Shown: positions 10,126 to 20,209 of the stretch, in pieces | How positions within the stretch are numbered: position 1 is the stretch's first letter | How the letters are laid out: each line of letters begins with the position of its first letter | Source: Myxococcota bacterium | GTDB taxonomy: Bacteria; Myxococcota_A; UBA796; UBA2385 | Direction of reading: 5' to 3' | DNA: 64,000 nt | Assembly (NCBI GenBank): GCA_044344255.1 | Contig: JBIJDH010000007.1 | Coordinates: 64,001-128,000 of the forward strand | Translations under genes and position numbers: made by a program | The notes under the pieces: generated by a model | The model's database searches: none | Told to the model about the DNA's origin: nothing | Seen by the model: only the letters and a program-made list of their open reading frames with translations

Positions 10126-11801
10126 GCCTGCTCCTCTGGCTCGGCCTCGCCTGCTTGCCCGAACCTTACCTCGTCGGAGGTAAAGGAGGCGGGGACAGCG
10201 CTGAACCCAGCGACGGCACGGATGGGACCGACGGCGCGGAGGGCTCCGACGGCGCGGATGGGGCCGATGGCGCTGATGGCGCGGACGGCACCGACGGCGC
10301 GGACAGCGGTGCCGACGGGGGAGGCGACAGCGGCGACGACCCTTCCACCATCGACTCGGACGGAGACGGGCACAGCCCCGCGGAGGGTGACTGTGATGAC
10401 ACCGACGACACCGTCCATCCTGGGGCCGAAGACGTCTGCGGGGACGGCGTAGACCAGGACTGTGTCCCCGACTGCCGACGGGTGGGAGAGGTCAACGCGG
10501 ACGCTGACCCCGGCTTCGCGGAGTACTACAACGGGAGCGACAGCAGCTGGGGCACGGTCCACGCCCTCGGTGACCTCGACGGAGATGGCTTCGCCGAGGT
10601 GGGTCTGAGCGCCGCCAACGCCGACTGCGCGAGCACCACCACCGTCTACGGGTTCAGCGGCCCGATCGGAGACGGTGAGGTCCGCCCCTCGGGCTCCTTC
10701 GACGCCCTCTGGGAGGCGCCGGGAGACCGGCGGGTCTGTGGGATCAGCGTCGGCGACGAGGTCGTCGTGATGGCGGTCACCCTGGACACCGATGACAGCG
10801 CCGAGGTCGGGGGTCTGTCCATCTGGCCCTATGACGCGACGGACTGGGCCTCTGACCACACGGCTGACCTCGCCACGGGCGCGCTCGCCGCGGGAGAGCC
10901 GAGCCAGAACTTCGGGTTTCGCCTCCACTTCGTCGAAGACCTGGACGGGGACGGCCTGAGAGACCTCCTCGTGCCGAATTCGGGGGCCACCGTCGGCTCC
11001 ACTCCGGGAGCGGGCGCGGTGCAGGTGATCTCCGGGGGAGATCTGCGGCTGGCCGATGAGGGGAGCGTCCTCGACTACGCCGTCACCTACGAGGGGAACA
11101 CGACCACCGGCTACTTCGGGGCCAGCGCCGACGCCGCCGACCTCGACCTCGACGGCTACGCCGAGCTCATCATCCCCGCGATGGCCAACGGGGCCGACGG
11201 GCACAACGTCGGCGCCCTCTACCTCTTCTCCCCGGACGGCAGCCCCGCGGACACCGCCTGTGACCGGGCAGAGGAGATCTGGACCTTCCCGGAGGAGGTG
11301 GGCGGCCCCACGGACTTCGGCTGGACCGTCCGCGTCGCCGAGCTCAGCGGGGACGGTCACCCCGACATCGTCGTCGGGGCTCCGGTCTACCCGGACTACA
11401 CAGTACAGTCGGGCGCCCTCTACTTCTTCGCCGGGCCCTTCGAAGGGGGCTATCGGACGGTCGATCCCGCGCTGAATCGGCTCGTGGAGGGGGGCTCGGC
11501 CTCCGATCATGTCGGCTGGGTGCTCGACACCGGAGACTTCGACGGGGACGGCGCGCAAGACCTCCTCTACGCTCGCTCGGCGGCTTGGTCCTCCTACGCG
11601 GAGGGGCCGCCGGCGGCGGTGGTCACCTACAACCCGGTCGGCGGCACGCCCGACCTCACGATCAGCGGGCCCACCGACCACGCCTGGTTCGGCTACTCCG
11701 CCGCTTTCGCAGGGGACGTCGATGGGGACGGATCCTCCGATGTGCTGATCGGCGACGGATCGGCGGGGCGGGCCTTCCTGGCGCTCGGGGCGGTGGAGTA
11801 A
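10122..11801 (+). CDS. Lipoprotein with DG(A/T) repeats, a MopE-like repeat and an FG-GAP/integrin-like beta-propeller
   Basis: Lipobox GLAC; DCDD...PGAEDVCGDGVDQDC; multiple GDLDGDG..D motifs. Confidence 0.85.
   Translation: MSLLLWLGLACLPEPYLVGGKGGGDSAEPSDGTDGTDGAEGSDGADGADGADGADGTDGADSGADGGGDSGDDPSTIDSDGDGHSPAEGDCDDTDDTVHPGAEDVCGDGVDQDCVPDCRRVGEVNADADPGFAEYYNGSDSSWGTVHALGDLDGDGFAEVGLSAANADCASTTTVYGFSGPIGDGEVRPSGSFDALWEAPGDRRVCGISVGDEVVVMAVTLDTDDSAEVGGLSIWPYDATDWASDHTADLATGALAAGEPSQNFGFRLHFVEDLDGDGLRDLLVPNSGATVGSTPGAGAVQVISGGDLRLADEGSVLDYAVTYEGNTTTGYFGASADAADLDLDGYAELIIPAMANGADGHNVGALYLFSPDGSPADTACDRAEEIWTFPEEVGGPTDFGWTVRVAELSGDGHPDIVVGAPVYPDYTVQSGALYFFAGPFEGGYRTVDPALNRLVEGGSASDHVGWVLDTGDFDGDGAQDLLYARSAAWSSYAEGPPAAVVTYNPVGGTPDLTISGPTDHAWFGYSAAFAGDVDGDGSSDVLIGDGSAGRAFLALGAVE
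10212..10320. repeat. Degenerate 9-bp coding repeat encoding DG(T/A) triplets
   Basis: DGTDGTDGAEGSDGADGADGADGADGTDGADSGADG. Confidence 0.8.
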
Positions 11802-11812
11802 GCCTCCCGCCC

Positions 11813-13318
11813 TCAGCGGGCGCAGGGCCGGGCGACGTCGAAGTCCCAGCAGAGGGTGGCCCCCTCGGCGCCGACGGTCAGGCTGCGCTCCACGGTCAGT
11901 CCCTCCGCGCTGGTGAGGACGATGTGGTGAGCGCCCACCGGCAGGGTGCCGATGAAGGGGGTCTGCCCGCGGGAGACACCGTCGATGACGAGGCTCCCGG
12001 GGGGGAGGGCGTTGATGCGCACCGAGGCGGGGGCGGCCGGCGCCTCCGGGGCCGCCTCTGGCGCGGGCGGGACGACGGTGGGTGCCTCGGCGCGAGCGGC
12101 AGACGCCTCACGGGGAGGCCGCTCCGGTGCGTCCGGGGCCGGTGTCGTGGCGACGGGGACCACCGGCGGCGGGTCGGCCGGGGCCTGAGGAGAGACCTCG
12201 GCTGGGACGTCGGCTGGGACCTCGGCGGTGACCTCGGTCGGGGCCGCAGGCGAGCGCTTCACGTCGAGCCAGCGGGCGAGGCCGACGCCGCCGAGCGACA
12301 GCAGGGCGACGGCCGCCAGCCCGGCCAGGATGCGCCGCGGGGCGGTCGACCGCCCGCTGAGACCGGCGGTCCGGCCGGCCTCGGTGGGGGCGACCGGATC
12401 GGCGGAGGGCGAGGGGTGGAGGGTGGGCCCTGCGCCGAGGAGCACGGTGGGCGCGCCGCTGGAGGGTCGCGGAGCGGGCGCTCGAGCGGCGGGCGACCGG
12501 TCGAGGATCGCGAGGATCGCCCCGCAGCTCGGCAGTCGGCGCTCCGGTTCGACCTCGAGGCAGCCGACGATGACCTCGCGGAGCGGCCCCGGCAGGTCGT
12601 GGCGACGGAGCTCGGGCGCCATGTAGGTGCCGTCCGCGACGGCGTTGAGGAGCGAGAGCAGCGCGTCCCCGTGGAAGGGCCTCACCCCGGTGGTCATCTC
12701 GTAGAGGATGACGCCGAGCGAGAAGATGTCGGCCCGGGCGTCGACGGACTTGGCCTCGTCGGCCTGCTCGGGGGCCATGTAGCCAGGCGTGCCGACCATC
12801 ATGCCGGTGCGGGTGCCCATCCCGCCGCCCGCGGCGTCCTGGACCCGGGCCACACCAAAGTCGGAGACCCGCGGCAGCCAGCCGCCCTCCGGCAGGGGCG
12901 CCAGCAGGATGTTGGCGGGCTTGAGGTCGCGGTGGACCATGCCTTGGGTGTGGGCGAGGGCCACCCCGGCCAGCACGCCCCGGAACAGCCCCTCGGCTTG
13001 GGCCGCCGGGAGCGGGCCCCGGCGGAGGAGGGCCTCGAGGGAGGGCCCCTCCACGAAGTCGAGCACGAGGCCGACCTGCCCGTCGACGTCGATGACGTCG
13101 GTCACCGGGACGAGGTTCGGGTGCCGCACCTGCGCTTGGATGCGCCCCTCTTGCAGCAGTCGCTCCTGGAGGCGTCGACCGCCGAGGGTGAGGATCTTGA
13201 GCGCGTGGACGCTGCCGAGGGTGCGGTGGCGGACCTTGTAGACCACCGCCATCCCGCCCGTGCCGAGCAGGGACTCGACGGCGTAACGATCGACGATCTG
13301 TCCGGGCGCGAGGTCCAT
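11813..13318 (-). CDS. Ser/Thr protein kinase with a TM helix and a C-terminal PEGA domain
   Basis: LGTGGMAVVY, HRDLKPANIL, DFG and GTPGYMAPEQ; TM segment; Pro/Ala linker; VIDG...GQTP. Confidence 0.95.
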   Translation of the reverse strand: MDLAPGQIVDRYAVESLLGTGGMAVVYKVRHRTLGSVHALKILTLGGRRLQERLLQEGRIQAQVRHPNLVPVTDVIDVDGQVGLVLDFVEGPSLEALLRRGPLPAAQAEGLFRGVLAGVALAHTQGMVHRDLKPANILLAPLPEGGWLPRVSDFGVARVQDAAGGGMGTRTGMMVGTPGYMAPEQADEAKSVDARADIFSLGVILYEMTTGVRPFHGDALLSLLNAVADGTYMAPELRRHDLPGPLREVIVGCLEVEPERRLPSCGAILAILDRSPAARAPAPRPSSGAPTVLLGAGPTLHPSPSADPVAPTEAGRTAGLSGRSTAPRRILAGLAAVALLSLGGVGLARWLDVKRSPAAPTEVTAEVPADVPAEVSPQAPADPPPVVPVATTPAPDAPERPPREASAARAEAPTVVPPAPEAAPEAPAAPASVRINALPPGSLVIDGVSRGQTPFIGTLPVGAHHIVLTSAEGLTVERSLTVGAEGATLCWDFDVARPCAR

Positions 13319-13327
13319 CGTTCCCCT

Positions 13328-14233
13328 CTAATCTTGAGGAGGCCGCGGCGTGTCGCCCGCGGGGACCGCCTTCCCCACCATCGAGCCGTGGCGATGCGCG
13401 TAGACCTGGGTGAATTCGGCGCCGAGCAGGATGAGCTGCGCCGAGTAGTAGACCCAGACCAGCACCACGGCGAAGGAGCCGGCCGCGCCGTAGGCGGAGG
13501 CGAGGGAGCTGTTGCCCAGGTAGACCCCGATGAGCTGCTTGCCGATGGCGAAGAGCACGGCGGTGACGAAGGCCCCGCGGCGCACGTCTTGCCACGCGAT
13601 GTCGACGTCGGGCAGGACCTTGAACAGCAGCGCGAAGAGCGTGGAGGTGACGAGCAAGGAGACGATGACGTTGACGGCTTGGGCGACGAGCGGCGCGGCG
13701 CCGAGGCCCCCCATCACGCCCTGGACGCCCGAGATCACGGCGCTCACGCCGAGGGAGACCAGCAGGAGGAAGCCGATCACCAGCACCATCGCGAAGGAGA
13801 GGAAGCGTCGCCGCAGCCAGGTGAGGATGCCCATCTTCTTCGGCGGGGGGGCGTTCCAGATCAGGTTCAGGGCGCTCTGCAGCTCTCCGAACAGGCTCGT
13901 CGCCCCGATCAGCAGGGTGAGAGCGCCGACCAGGGTGGCGACGACGCCAGATCCGGCCTGGTGGGCGTTCTTGAGCATCTCCTCCACCGCCCCTGCGCCC
14001 ACCTCGCCGAGCAGGGTGCGGAGCTGGAGGCTCACCTGAGCCTGGGCCGCCTCGGGGCCGAAGATCGTGCCCGCGACCGCGATGGCGATGATCAGGATCG
14101 GGGCCATCGAGAAGACCGTGTAATAGGCGAGCGCGGCCCCGATCCGCGAGGCGTCGTGGGCGCTCCAGGAGCGGAGGGTCTCCTCGATCAGCCTCCAGGT
14201 GGGGCGGAGGCGTTCCGGGAGGGTCAGGGGCAT
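13328..14233 (-). CDS. YihY/virulence factor BrkB family membrane protein
   Basis: GAALAYYTVFSMAP; YGAAGS..V.LVWVYYSAQ.IL.GAE. Confidence 0.93.
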   Translation of the reverse strand: MPLTLPERLRPTWRLIEETLRSWSAHDASRIGAALAYYTVFSMAPILIIAIAVAGTIFGPEAAQAQVSLQLRTLLGEVGAGAVEEMLKNAHQAGSGVVATLVGALTLLIGATSLFGELQSALNLIWNAPPPKKMGILTWLRRRFLSFAMVLVIGFLLLVSLGVSAVISGVQGVMGGLGAAPLVAQAVNVIVSLLVTSTLFALLFKVLPDVDIAWQDVRRGAFVTAVLFAIGKQLIGVYLGNSSLASAYGAAGSFAVVLVWVYYSAQLILLGAEFTQVYAHRHGSMVGKAVPAGDTPRPPQD

Positions 14234-14297
14234 CGGGGAGCTCCTCGGAGGCCGGCGCTGGATAGGTCAGGACGCCCCTGCGGGAGTTGAAGCCACC

Positions 14298-15965
14298 TTG
14301 ACGTCCGCGCCGATCGGATTTTCCCTGCGTCCCTATCAGAGCGAGGCCATCGCGGCCGTCATCGCCGCGCGGCGCCGCGGGGTGCGTCGACAGGTCATCT
14401 GTTTGCCCACCGGGGCTGGCAAGACCGTCATCTTCGCCAACCTCGCCGCCAAGGCGAAGCGGCCCGTGCTCATCCTCGCTCACCGCTCCGAGCTCATCCA
14501 GCAGGCCGTCGACAAGCTGCGCCGTACGCTCTACGACCTTGGCGCCGATGACCCTGGTGTGGTCGGCGTGGAGCAAGCCGGCACCCGGGCCGGGCAGGGA
14601 GCGCGGGTGATCGTGGCCTCGATCCGCAGCCTCGGGGAGGCCCGCCTCGAGCGGGTCGTGGCCGGGCGGGACCTCGGCCTCGTGGTCTACGACGAGTGCC
14701 ACCACGCCCCGGCGGCCGACAACCTGCGGGTCCTCCGGGCCCTCGGCGCCTTCGAGCCCGGCTGGTCGGGCACCCTGCTCGGCTTCACCGCCACCCCCCA
14801 GCGGGCCGACGGGCAGGCCCTCCGCGAGGTCTTCGAGGAGGTGGTCTACAGCCGCTCTCTCGTCGAGATGGTCGATGACGGCTATCTCGTCCCCTTGCGT
14901 GGCTTCCGGGTGAGCACGGCGGTGAGCCTGCCCGCGGGGGGGATCGACGAGCGCCCTGACTTCGAGCCCGACGAGCTCTCGGCGCGCCTCGACATCGAGG
15001 AGCGAAACGCGCTCGTGGCCCGCAGCATCGTCGAGCTGGCCCGGGACCGCCGCACCCTCGTCTTCTGCGTCTCGGTCGAGCACGCCCGCCACCTCGCGCT
15101 GGCGCTGCGGGGCCTCGGCGTCGCCGCCGATCGGGTCCACGGCGCGATGAAGCCCGAGGACCGCGCTCAGGTGCTCGCCCGCTTCGCGGCCGGCGAGATC
15201 ACGGTGCTCACCAACGTGGGCGTGCTCACCGAGGGCTTCGACGACCCCGGCGTCTCTTGCGTGGCCATGGCACGGCCCACCCGCTCGCAAGCCCTCTACG
15301 TGCAGTGTGTGGGCCGCGGCACGCGTCCGGCCCCGGGGAAGCGCGACTGCCTCGTGCTCGACTTCGTCGATGCCTCCGATCTCCCGCTCGTCACCCTCCC
15401 GGTGCTCTGGGGCCTGCCGCGCGACCTCGACCTCCAGGGTGAGGACACCCGGGAGGCGGCCGCCTTCATGCGCCGGCTGCCCTTCGACCTGCCGGGCTTC
15501 GAGCTCGAGGCGGGGGCGATCACGCTGCAGGAGGTCAAGGACCGCGCCGCCGCTTTTGACCCGCTGCGCCAGCGCATCGACCCCGCCATCCGCGCCATCT
15601 CGGAGAACGGCTGGTGCTCGCTCGGGAGCCGGGGGCTGGTCCTGCACGTCCAGTCGGGTGGGAGGCTCACCGAGCTCCGCGTCGAGGCGGGCCGCAAGCC
15701 GGGCCGGCGGGCGCGCTACGAGGTGACCTGGGATGGACAGGCGATGGCCGGCTTCTCGACGATGGAGGCCGCGGTGGAGGCGGTGGACCACGAGGTGAGG
15801 AAGCGGGGGCGCCGCTTCGCCGAGGCCGCGCAGGAGGGCGCGGCGTGGCGGCAGGGCCCGGTGCCGGCCTCGATGCTGCCGGCGCTGTCGCGGATCGCGG
15901 GCCCCTCACCGCGCACCCTCGGCGAGGCGCTTCAGCTCCTCGGCCTCCACGGCCCCCGGCGCTGA
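14298..15965 (+). CDS. SF2 DEAD/DEAH-box helicase (RadD/Irc3-like)
   Basis: LRPYQ, LPTGAGKT, DECHH, TAT, LTEGFD and QCVGRGTR; TTG start inferred. Confidence 0.9.
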   Translation: MTSAPIGFSLRPYQSEAIAAVIAARRRGVRRQVICLPTGAGKTVIFANLAAKAKRPVLILAHRSELIQQAVDKLRRTLYDLGADDPGVVGVEQAGTRAGQGARVIVASIRSLGEARLERVVAGRDLGLVVYDECHHAPAADNLRVLRALGAFEPGWSGTLLGFTATPQRADGQALREVFEEVVYSRSLVEMVDDGYLVPLRGFRVSTAVSLPAGGIDERPDFEPDELSARLDIEERNALVARSIVELARDRRTLVFCVSVEHARHLALALRGLGVAADRVHGAMKPEDRAQVLARFAAGEITVLTNVGVLTEGFDDPGVSCVAMARPTRSQALYVQCVGRGTRPAPGKRDCLVLDFVDASDLPLVTLPVLWGLPRDLDLQGEDTREAAAFMRRLPFDLPGFELEAGAITLQEVKDRAAAFDPLRQRIDPAIRAISENGWCSLGSRGLVLHVQSGGRLTELRVEAGRKPGRRARYEVTWDGQAMAGFSTMEAAVEAVDHEVRKRGRRFAEAAQEGAAWRQGPVPASMLPALSRIAGPSPRTLGEALQLLGLHGPRR

Positions 15966-15984
15966 GCTCGGGGCGGCGCGCCGC

Positions 15985-17994
15985 TCAGCGGCGGTCGGGG
16001 GTGGGGCGGTCGGGGGCGGGGCGGCGGGTGAGGCCGTGGAAGAGCACTTGATCGGAGACCCGCATCGCCCGCATAGAGGCCTCGTTGAGGGCCGCGCAGC
16101 GGGCGGCGTCGGCCCGGGCTCCGCTCTGGATCTGGTAACACTCGCTGTCGGCCTCCTCGGGCCGGCCGGCGTAGACGTCACCCTCGATGGCAGAGCCGTC
16201 GCGGAAGGGCACCAGGGCGGAGGGCTCGACCAGCGCCGAGGGCGCGAGGAAGTCGCGGCCGCGGCCCTCGATGCCAAGGAGGTGGAGGGCGGTCGCCGGG
16301 AGCTGAGCCTGCGCCGCCGGGCCCGGGCGCTCGCCGGCCGCCGCCCCGCCCGGGAGGCGGATCAGGAGCGGGACCTGGTGCAGCCAGGACACCCGCGTCT
16401 CAATGGACTCACTCGTATTCCCGACCCGATGAATGACCTGACCCCAGGTGTCGAGGCGACCCATGTCATGGTCGCCATAGACGACGAGCACGCTGCGGTC
16501 GAGCATCCCGGTGGCGCGCAGGTAGCCGACGAAGGCGCCGATGGCGCGGTCGGTATAATTCACCGCCTGGTAGTATTTGCCGGTGTAGCTCCCCTTGAGG
16601 GCCCCGAGCTTCAGCTTCGACTCGGACTTCGGGATGTCGAAGGGGTGGTGGCTGGTGAGCGTGATGACGTGGGCGAAGTAGGGCTCCTTGAGCTTCTGGA
16701 GCTTCGCGGCGGTCTGGTCGAGGAAGGGGCGGTCTGCCATCCCCATCCCGATCGGCTTGGCCGTGCGCTTGTAGTTCTTTCGCTGGAAGAACTTGTCGAT
16801 GCCGATACGCGGGGCGACCGCCGCCCGGTTCCAGAAGCCGCCCTCGAGGGCGTGGTAGGAGGCCGTGGTGTAGCCGGCCTCGTCGCGGAGCACCTCGGGG
16901 AGGCACTGCTGGGGGAAGAGCGGGCGCCGGAAGAGGGCGGCCCCCTGCTCGAGCGGCAGCAGGCCACAGAGCGTGAGCAGCTCGGCGTCGGCGGTCCGCC
17001 CCTGCGCCGCCTGGTGGTAGAAGGGGCGGAGGGTGATGCTCTCGGCGGCCAGGGCCCGGAGGTGAGGGGCCACCAGCGCGCCGTCGATCTCGGCGTCGAT
17101 CGCCTCCTGTTGGAGCGCCTCGACCATCAGGAAGATGACGTTGGCCCCCTTGGCCACCCCATAGAGGGGGTCACCCGGGTGCGGCGCCGCCGCGTCGACC
17201 GCCGCCCAGTGGGCCTGGATCTCGGCCTCGTCGGCCTCGGAGAGCGAGGGCGGAGAGAGGTGCTCGTAGCCCCAGCGCAGGACGTCGGTGGTGTGAAAGG
17301 TGAGCAGGCCGGCCGAGCGCACGAATTTCGGCTGCGACCAGACCCGCAGGAAGACCCCCTGCTGGGCGTCGTGGAAGTGCCAGTAGACGCCGCCCACCAC
17401 GGAGAGGACCCCGACGACGAGCCCGGGGGCGAAGCGCCAGCGCGGGCTGGAAGGGGGCGCCGAGCGCGGGCCCTGTCGGGGGCGGCCGCGGAGCAGCAGG
17501 CCGAGGAGGAGGGCGTCGATGAACCACACCGCGTCGACGGGGCGCAGCAGGGCGGTGATGCTGTCGTCTACCCCCGGCAGGTTGCCGAGGCTGTCGAGGA
17601 GGGCCATCGACAGGACGTCGCCGAAATATCGGGCATAGACCCTGTCGCCGAGCACGAGCAGGCTGAGGGTGAGGTTCCACAAGAAGGCCGCCCGGCCCTG
17701 CCATCTTGCCGGCAACAGGCGCAGGGGCGCGAAGAAGATGAGCGCCACCCCGACCGACATCAGGTCGCCGCGCTCGTAGCTCGAGCCGAGGCCCGCCACT
17801 TGGGAGAAGATCAGCGTCTTGACGAGGACGCCGACGGAGTGGAGGTCGATGGGGTCGAGCAGGATGTCCCACAGGCGGCCCGCGCCCGCCTGCCCCGCCG
17901 CTTGCCCCGCAGGGGGCCCCGCTGGGGGAGGGGAGGGGACAGGGTTCGGAGACGAGGGCGCCCTGTCGGGCGACGCGCCGGGCCGGTCAACCAC
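15985..17994 (-). CDS. LTA synthase (LtaS)-family phosphoglycerol transferase-like membrane protein
   Basis: Several N-terminal TM helices; VEALQ, GRTADAE (catalytic Thr), YH...FWNR, ITLTSHHPF and YGDH. Confidence 0.88.
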   Translation of the reverse strand: MVDRPGASPDRAPSSPNPVPSPPPAGPPAGQAAGQAGAGRLWDILLDPIDLHSVGVLVKTLIFSQVAGLGSSYERGDLMSVGVALIFFAPLRLLPARWQGRAAFLWNLTLSLLVLGDRVYARYFGDVLSMALLDSLGNLPGVDDSITALLRPVDAVWFIDALLLGLLLRGRPRQGPRSAPPSSPRWRFAPGLVVGVLSVVGGVYWHFHDAQQGVFLRVWSQPKFVRSAGLLTFHTTDVLRWGYEHLSPPSLSEADEAEIQAHWAAVDAAAPHPGDPLYGVAKGANVIFLMVEALQQEAIDAEIDGALVAPHLRALAAESITLRPFYHQAAQGRTADAELLTLCGLLPLEQGAALFRRPLFPQQCLPEVLRDEAGYTTASYHALEGGFWNRAAVAPRIGIDKFFQRKNYKRTAKPIGMGMADRPFLDQTAAKLQKLKEPYFAHVITLTSHHPFDIPKSESKLKLGALKGSYTGKYYQAVNYTDRAIGAFVGYLRATGMLDRSVLVVYGDHDMGRLDTWGQVIHRVGNTSESIETRVSWLHQVPLLIRLPGGAAAGERPGPAAQAQLPATALHLLGIEGRGRDFLAPSALVEPSALVPFRDGSAIEGDVYAGRPEEADSECYQIQSGARADAARCAALNEASMRAMRVSDQVLFHGLTRRPAPDRPTPDRR

Positions 17995-18003
17995 GATGCT
18001 CCC

Positions 18004-20127
18004 TCAGTTCTCGATGTAGCCGAGTGACTCGAGCATGTTGCGCTCGTTCTCGTTGAGCTCCGAGCCGGCGGCCTCGGTGCCCCCGGCCTCGGCCGGGACC
18101 GCGCCGGCGTCGATACGATCGAAGGGGTTGCCCATCGCCTCGAGGGCCGCGCGCTCGTCGGGGGGGATGTGGTCGGCGAGGAAGGCCATCAGGGGCTTCA
18201 ACACGGCCTCGGGGGCGGTGCCTTGGGCCACGAGGTCGGTGAGCTCTGCGGCGTCCGCCTCGAGGTCGTAGAGCTCCCAGACGGGCGCGTTCTTCCGCGG
18301 GGTGTAGTGGAGCTTCCACTTGCCCATCCGCACTCCGCGCACCTTTCCGATGTTTCCGCCCACATAGCGGCGCTTGTTCGCGGAGAAGTACGAGATATCC
18401 GTCTCTAGGAAGGCGGGGGGTGAACCATCGGCCTTCAGCTTCGAGAGGGGGAGCCCGTCGGTGGCCTCCATCGCCGGCAGCTTGGCGAGCTCAAGCAGGG
18501 TGGGGACGAGGTCGATCGAGCGGAACTGAGCGTCGAAGGTGGTGCCGGCCGGGATCGCCTGCGGGTACCGGACGAGCATCGGGATGTCGATGCCCGGCTC
18601 GTAGAGGAATTCGCCGTGATGGTACCAGTATCCGTGGTCGCCGAGGTGGTGCCCGTGATCGGCGGTGAAGATGACGATGGTGTCCTTGGCCTTGTCGTGC
18701 TCGTCGAGCCAATCGAGGAGGCGACTGACCTGGTCAGTGTTGTAGTCCACCTCCTTTTCGTAGAGGAAGGCGGCCTTCTCGTTGTCTGTGTCGGCCAGCG
18801 GGTTCTTGAAGATCATCTGGCCGCGGCTCACCCGCTTCTTGTTGACCTTGATCTTCTTGATGTTGTTGACCTTGATGTTCCCGTCGAAGCCCGGCGGCCG
18901 GTAGGGCCAGTGGGGGTCGAAGTAGTGGACATAGAGGTAGAAGGGATCGGTGGTGTCGCCGTTCTCATCCAGCCAGTCGATGGCCACGTCGGTCGAGACG
19001 GCGCTGTTGGTGTTGCCGTCAAAGGCGCGGATCTTCTTCACCGTGACCCGGTCGAGGGCGGAGACGATCCCGGTCAGGCGGAGGGGCCCGTAGGTGCGCT
19101 CGATCTCGAAGAAGGACCAGAACTGCTGGAAGCCTTGTTCGAAGCCCTTACCCCGCATGATCCAGCCGTTGTGCACCACCGCGCCCGTGCGGTAGCCCTG
19201 CGCGCCCAGGTGCTCGGCGAAGGTGGTCTGGTCGGCGGGGAGGCTGTCGTGGAGCTGGCGGACGCCGTCGTGGATGGGGTAGCGGGCGGTCTGGAAGGCC
19301 GCGACGGACTGGGTGGTCTTGGGGATGACCGTGATGGCGTCGGAGAAGACGGCCCCCTCCGCGGCGATGCGGCGGGTGGAGGGGGTGGCGGCGTCGCCGT
19401 GCGGCCCGATGGCGTCTCGGCGGGTGGTGTCGACCAGCACCCAGAGGATGTTCGGCGGCGGCTCGCCCTCGGCGCGGGCGGCGCGGGGCAGGAGGCCGGC
19501 GAGGCCGAGGGAGGACAGGGGGAGGATCGAGAAGACGGACAGCAGGCTGAGCGCCGCGGTCGCGCCGACGCCGCCGCGGGCGCGGGGCGCGGGCAGGGCC
19601 CCGGCCAGCGTGGTGAGCAGGAGGCCGGGGACGAGGAAGAGCAGGCGCTCCTCGAGGGGGCTCGTGTAGACCGGGACGCGGCCCCAGAGCCCCGCCACCG
19701 CGAGCAGGCTGGCGGCGAGGCCGGCGAGGCCGCGCCACCGCCCGCTCAGCCCAGCGAGCAGCACGCCCAAGGGCAGGGGGTAGAGGGCGGACCACTCGAA
19801 GCGGTCTTGGCTGTCCCAGCGGGTGGCGCCGACGAAGGCCGCGTAGAGGAGCGCCACGGCCCAGGCCCGGCCGCGGACGAGCCCGCCGAGGAGCCCGAAG
19901 AAGGCGCCGTTGATGAGCAAGATGAGGGCCCCCCACCCGAGCGCAGTGACCACGCGCGCGGGCTGCCAGTCGTCGTGCAGCCAGTCGTAGCGTACGATCG
20001 CCGTCGCCTCGAAGAGGCCCACCAGCAGCCCCAGGCGGGCGAGCGTCTTGAAGTCGCCGAGGAAGGCGCGCGTGGACGCTCCCTTGGAGGCCGGTGAAGG
20101 GGATTCCGGTGAACGGGGGTTCTTCAT
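18004..20127 (-). CDS. Membrane-anchored sulfatase-like/alkaline phosphatase superfamily enzyme
   Basis: N-terminal TM helices; VDTTRRD, PKTTQS, HYFDPHWPY, TADHG; C-terminal LESLGY. Confidence 0.85.
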   Translation of the reverse strand: MKNPRSPESPSPASKGASTRAFLGDFKTLARLGLLVGLFEATAIVRYDWLHDDWQPARVVTALGWGALILLINGAFFGLLGGLVRGRAWAVALLYAAFVGATRWDSQDRFEWSALYPLPLGVLLAGLSGRWRGLAGLAASLLAVAGLWGRVPVYTSPLEERLLFLVPGLLLTTLAGALPAPRARGGVGATAALSLLSVFSILPLSSLGLAGLLPRAARAEGEPPPNILWVLVDTTRRDAIGPHGDAATPSTRRIAAEGAVFSDAITVIPKTTQSVAAFQTARYPIHDGVRQLHDSLPADQTTFAEHLGAQGYRTGAVVHNGWIMRGKGFEQGFQQFWSFFEIERTYGPLRLTGIVSALDRVTVKKIRAFDGNTNSAVSTDVAIDWLDENGDTTDPFYLYVHYFDPHWPYRPPGFDGNIKVNNIKKIKVNKKRVSRGQMIFKNPLADTDNEKAAFLYEKEVDYNTDQVSRLLDWLDEHDKAKDTIVIFTADHGHHLGDHGYWYHHGEFLYEPGIDIPMLVRYPQAIPAGTTFDAQFRSIDLVPTLLELAKLPAMEATDGLPLSKLKADGSPPAFLETDISYFSANKRRYVGGNIGKVRGVRMGKWKLHYTPRKNAPVWELYDLEADAAELTDLVAQGTAPEAVLKPLMAFLADHIPPDERAALEAMGNPFDRIDAGAVPAEAGGTEAAGSELNENERNMLESLGYIEN

Positions 20128-20209
20128 GGACGCTCCAGCCGGCACCACGGCTAACGCATCGGCCCAGGGCGGGTCGTCAAGGCCCCGTCATGGATCGCCC
20201 AGGAATCGC

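Noticed and set aside
12108..15791. 1227-aa minus-strand ORF and many other long overlapping ORFs (e.g. 11585-14290, 16036-18027, 22198-24258)
   Set aside because: Shadow frames of high-GC genes; they overlap well-supported CDSs and have no recognisable motifs.
14298..15965. Helicase as part of a restriction or anti-phage system
   Set aside because: No methyltransferase, nuclease or other defence gene is adjacent; it looks like a stand-alone repair-type helicase.
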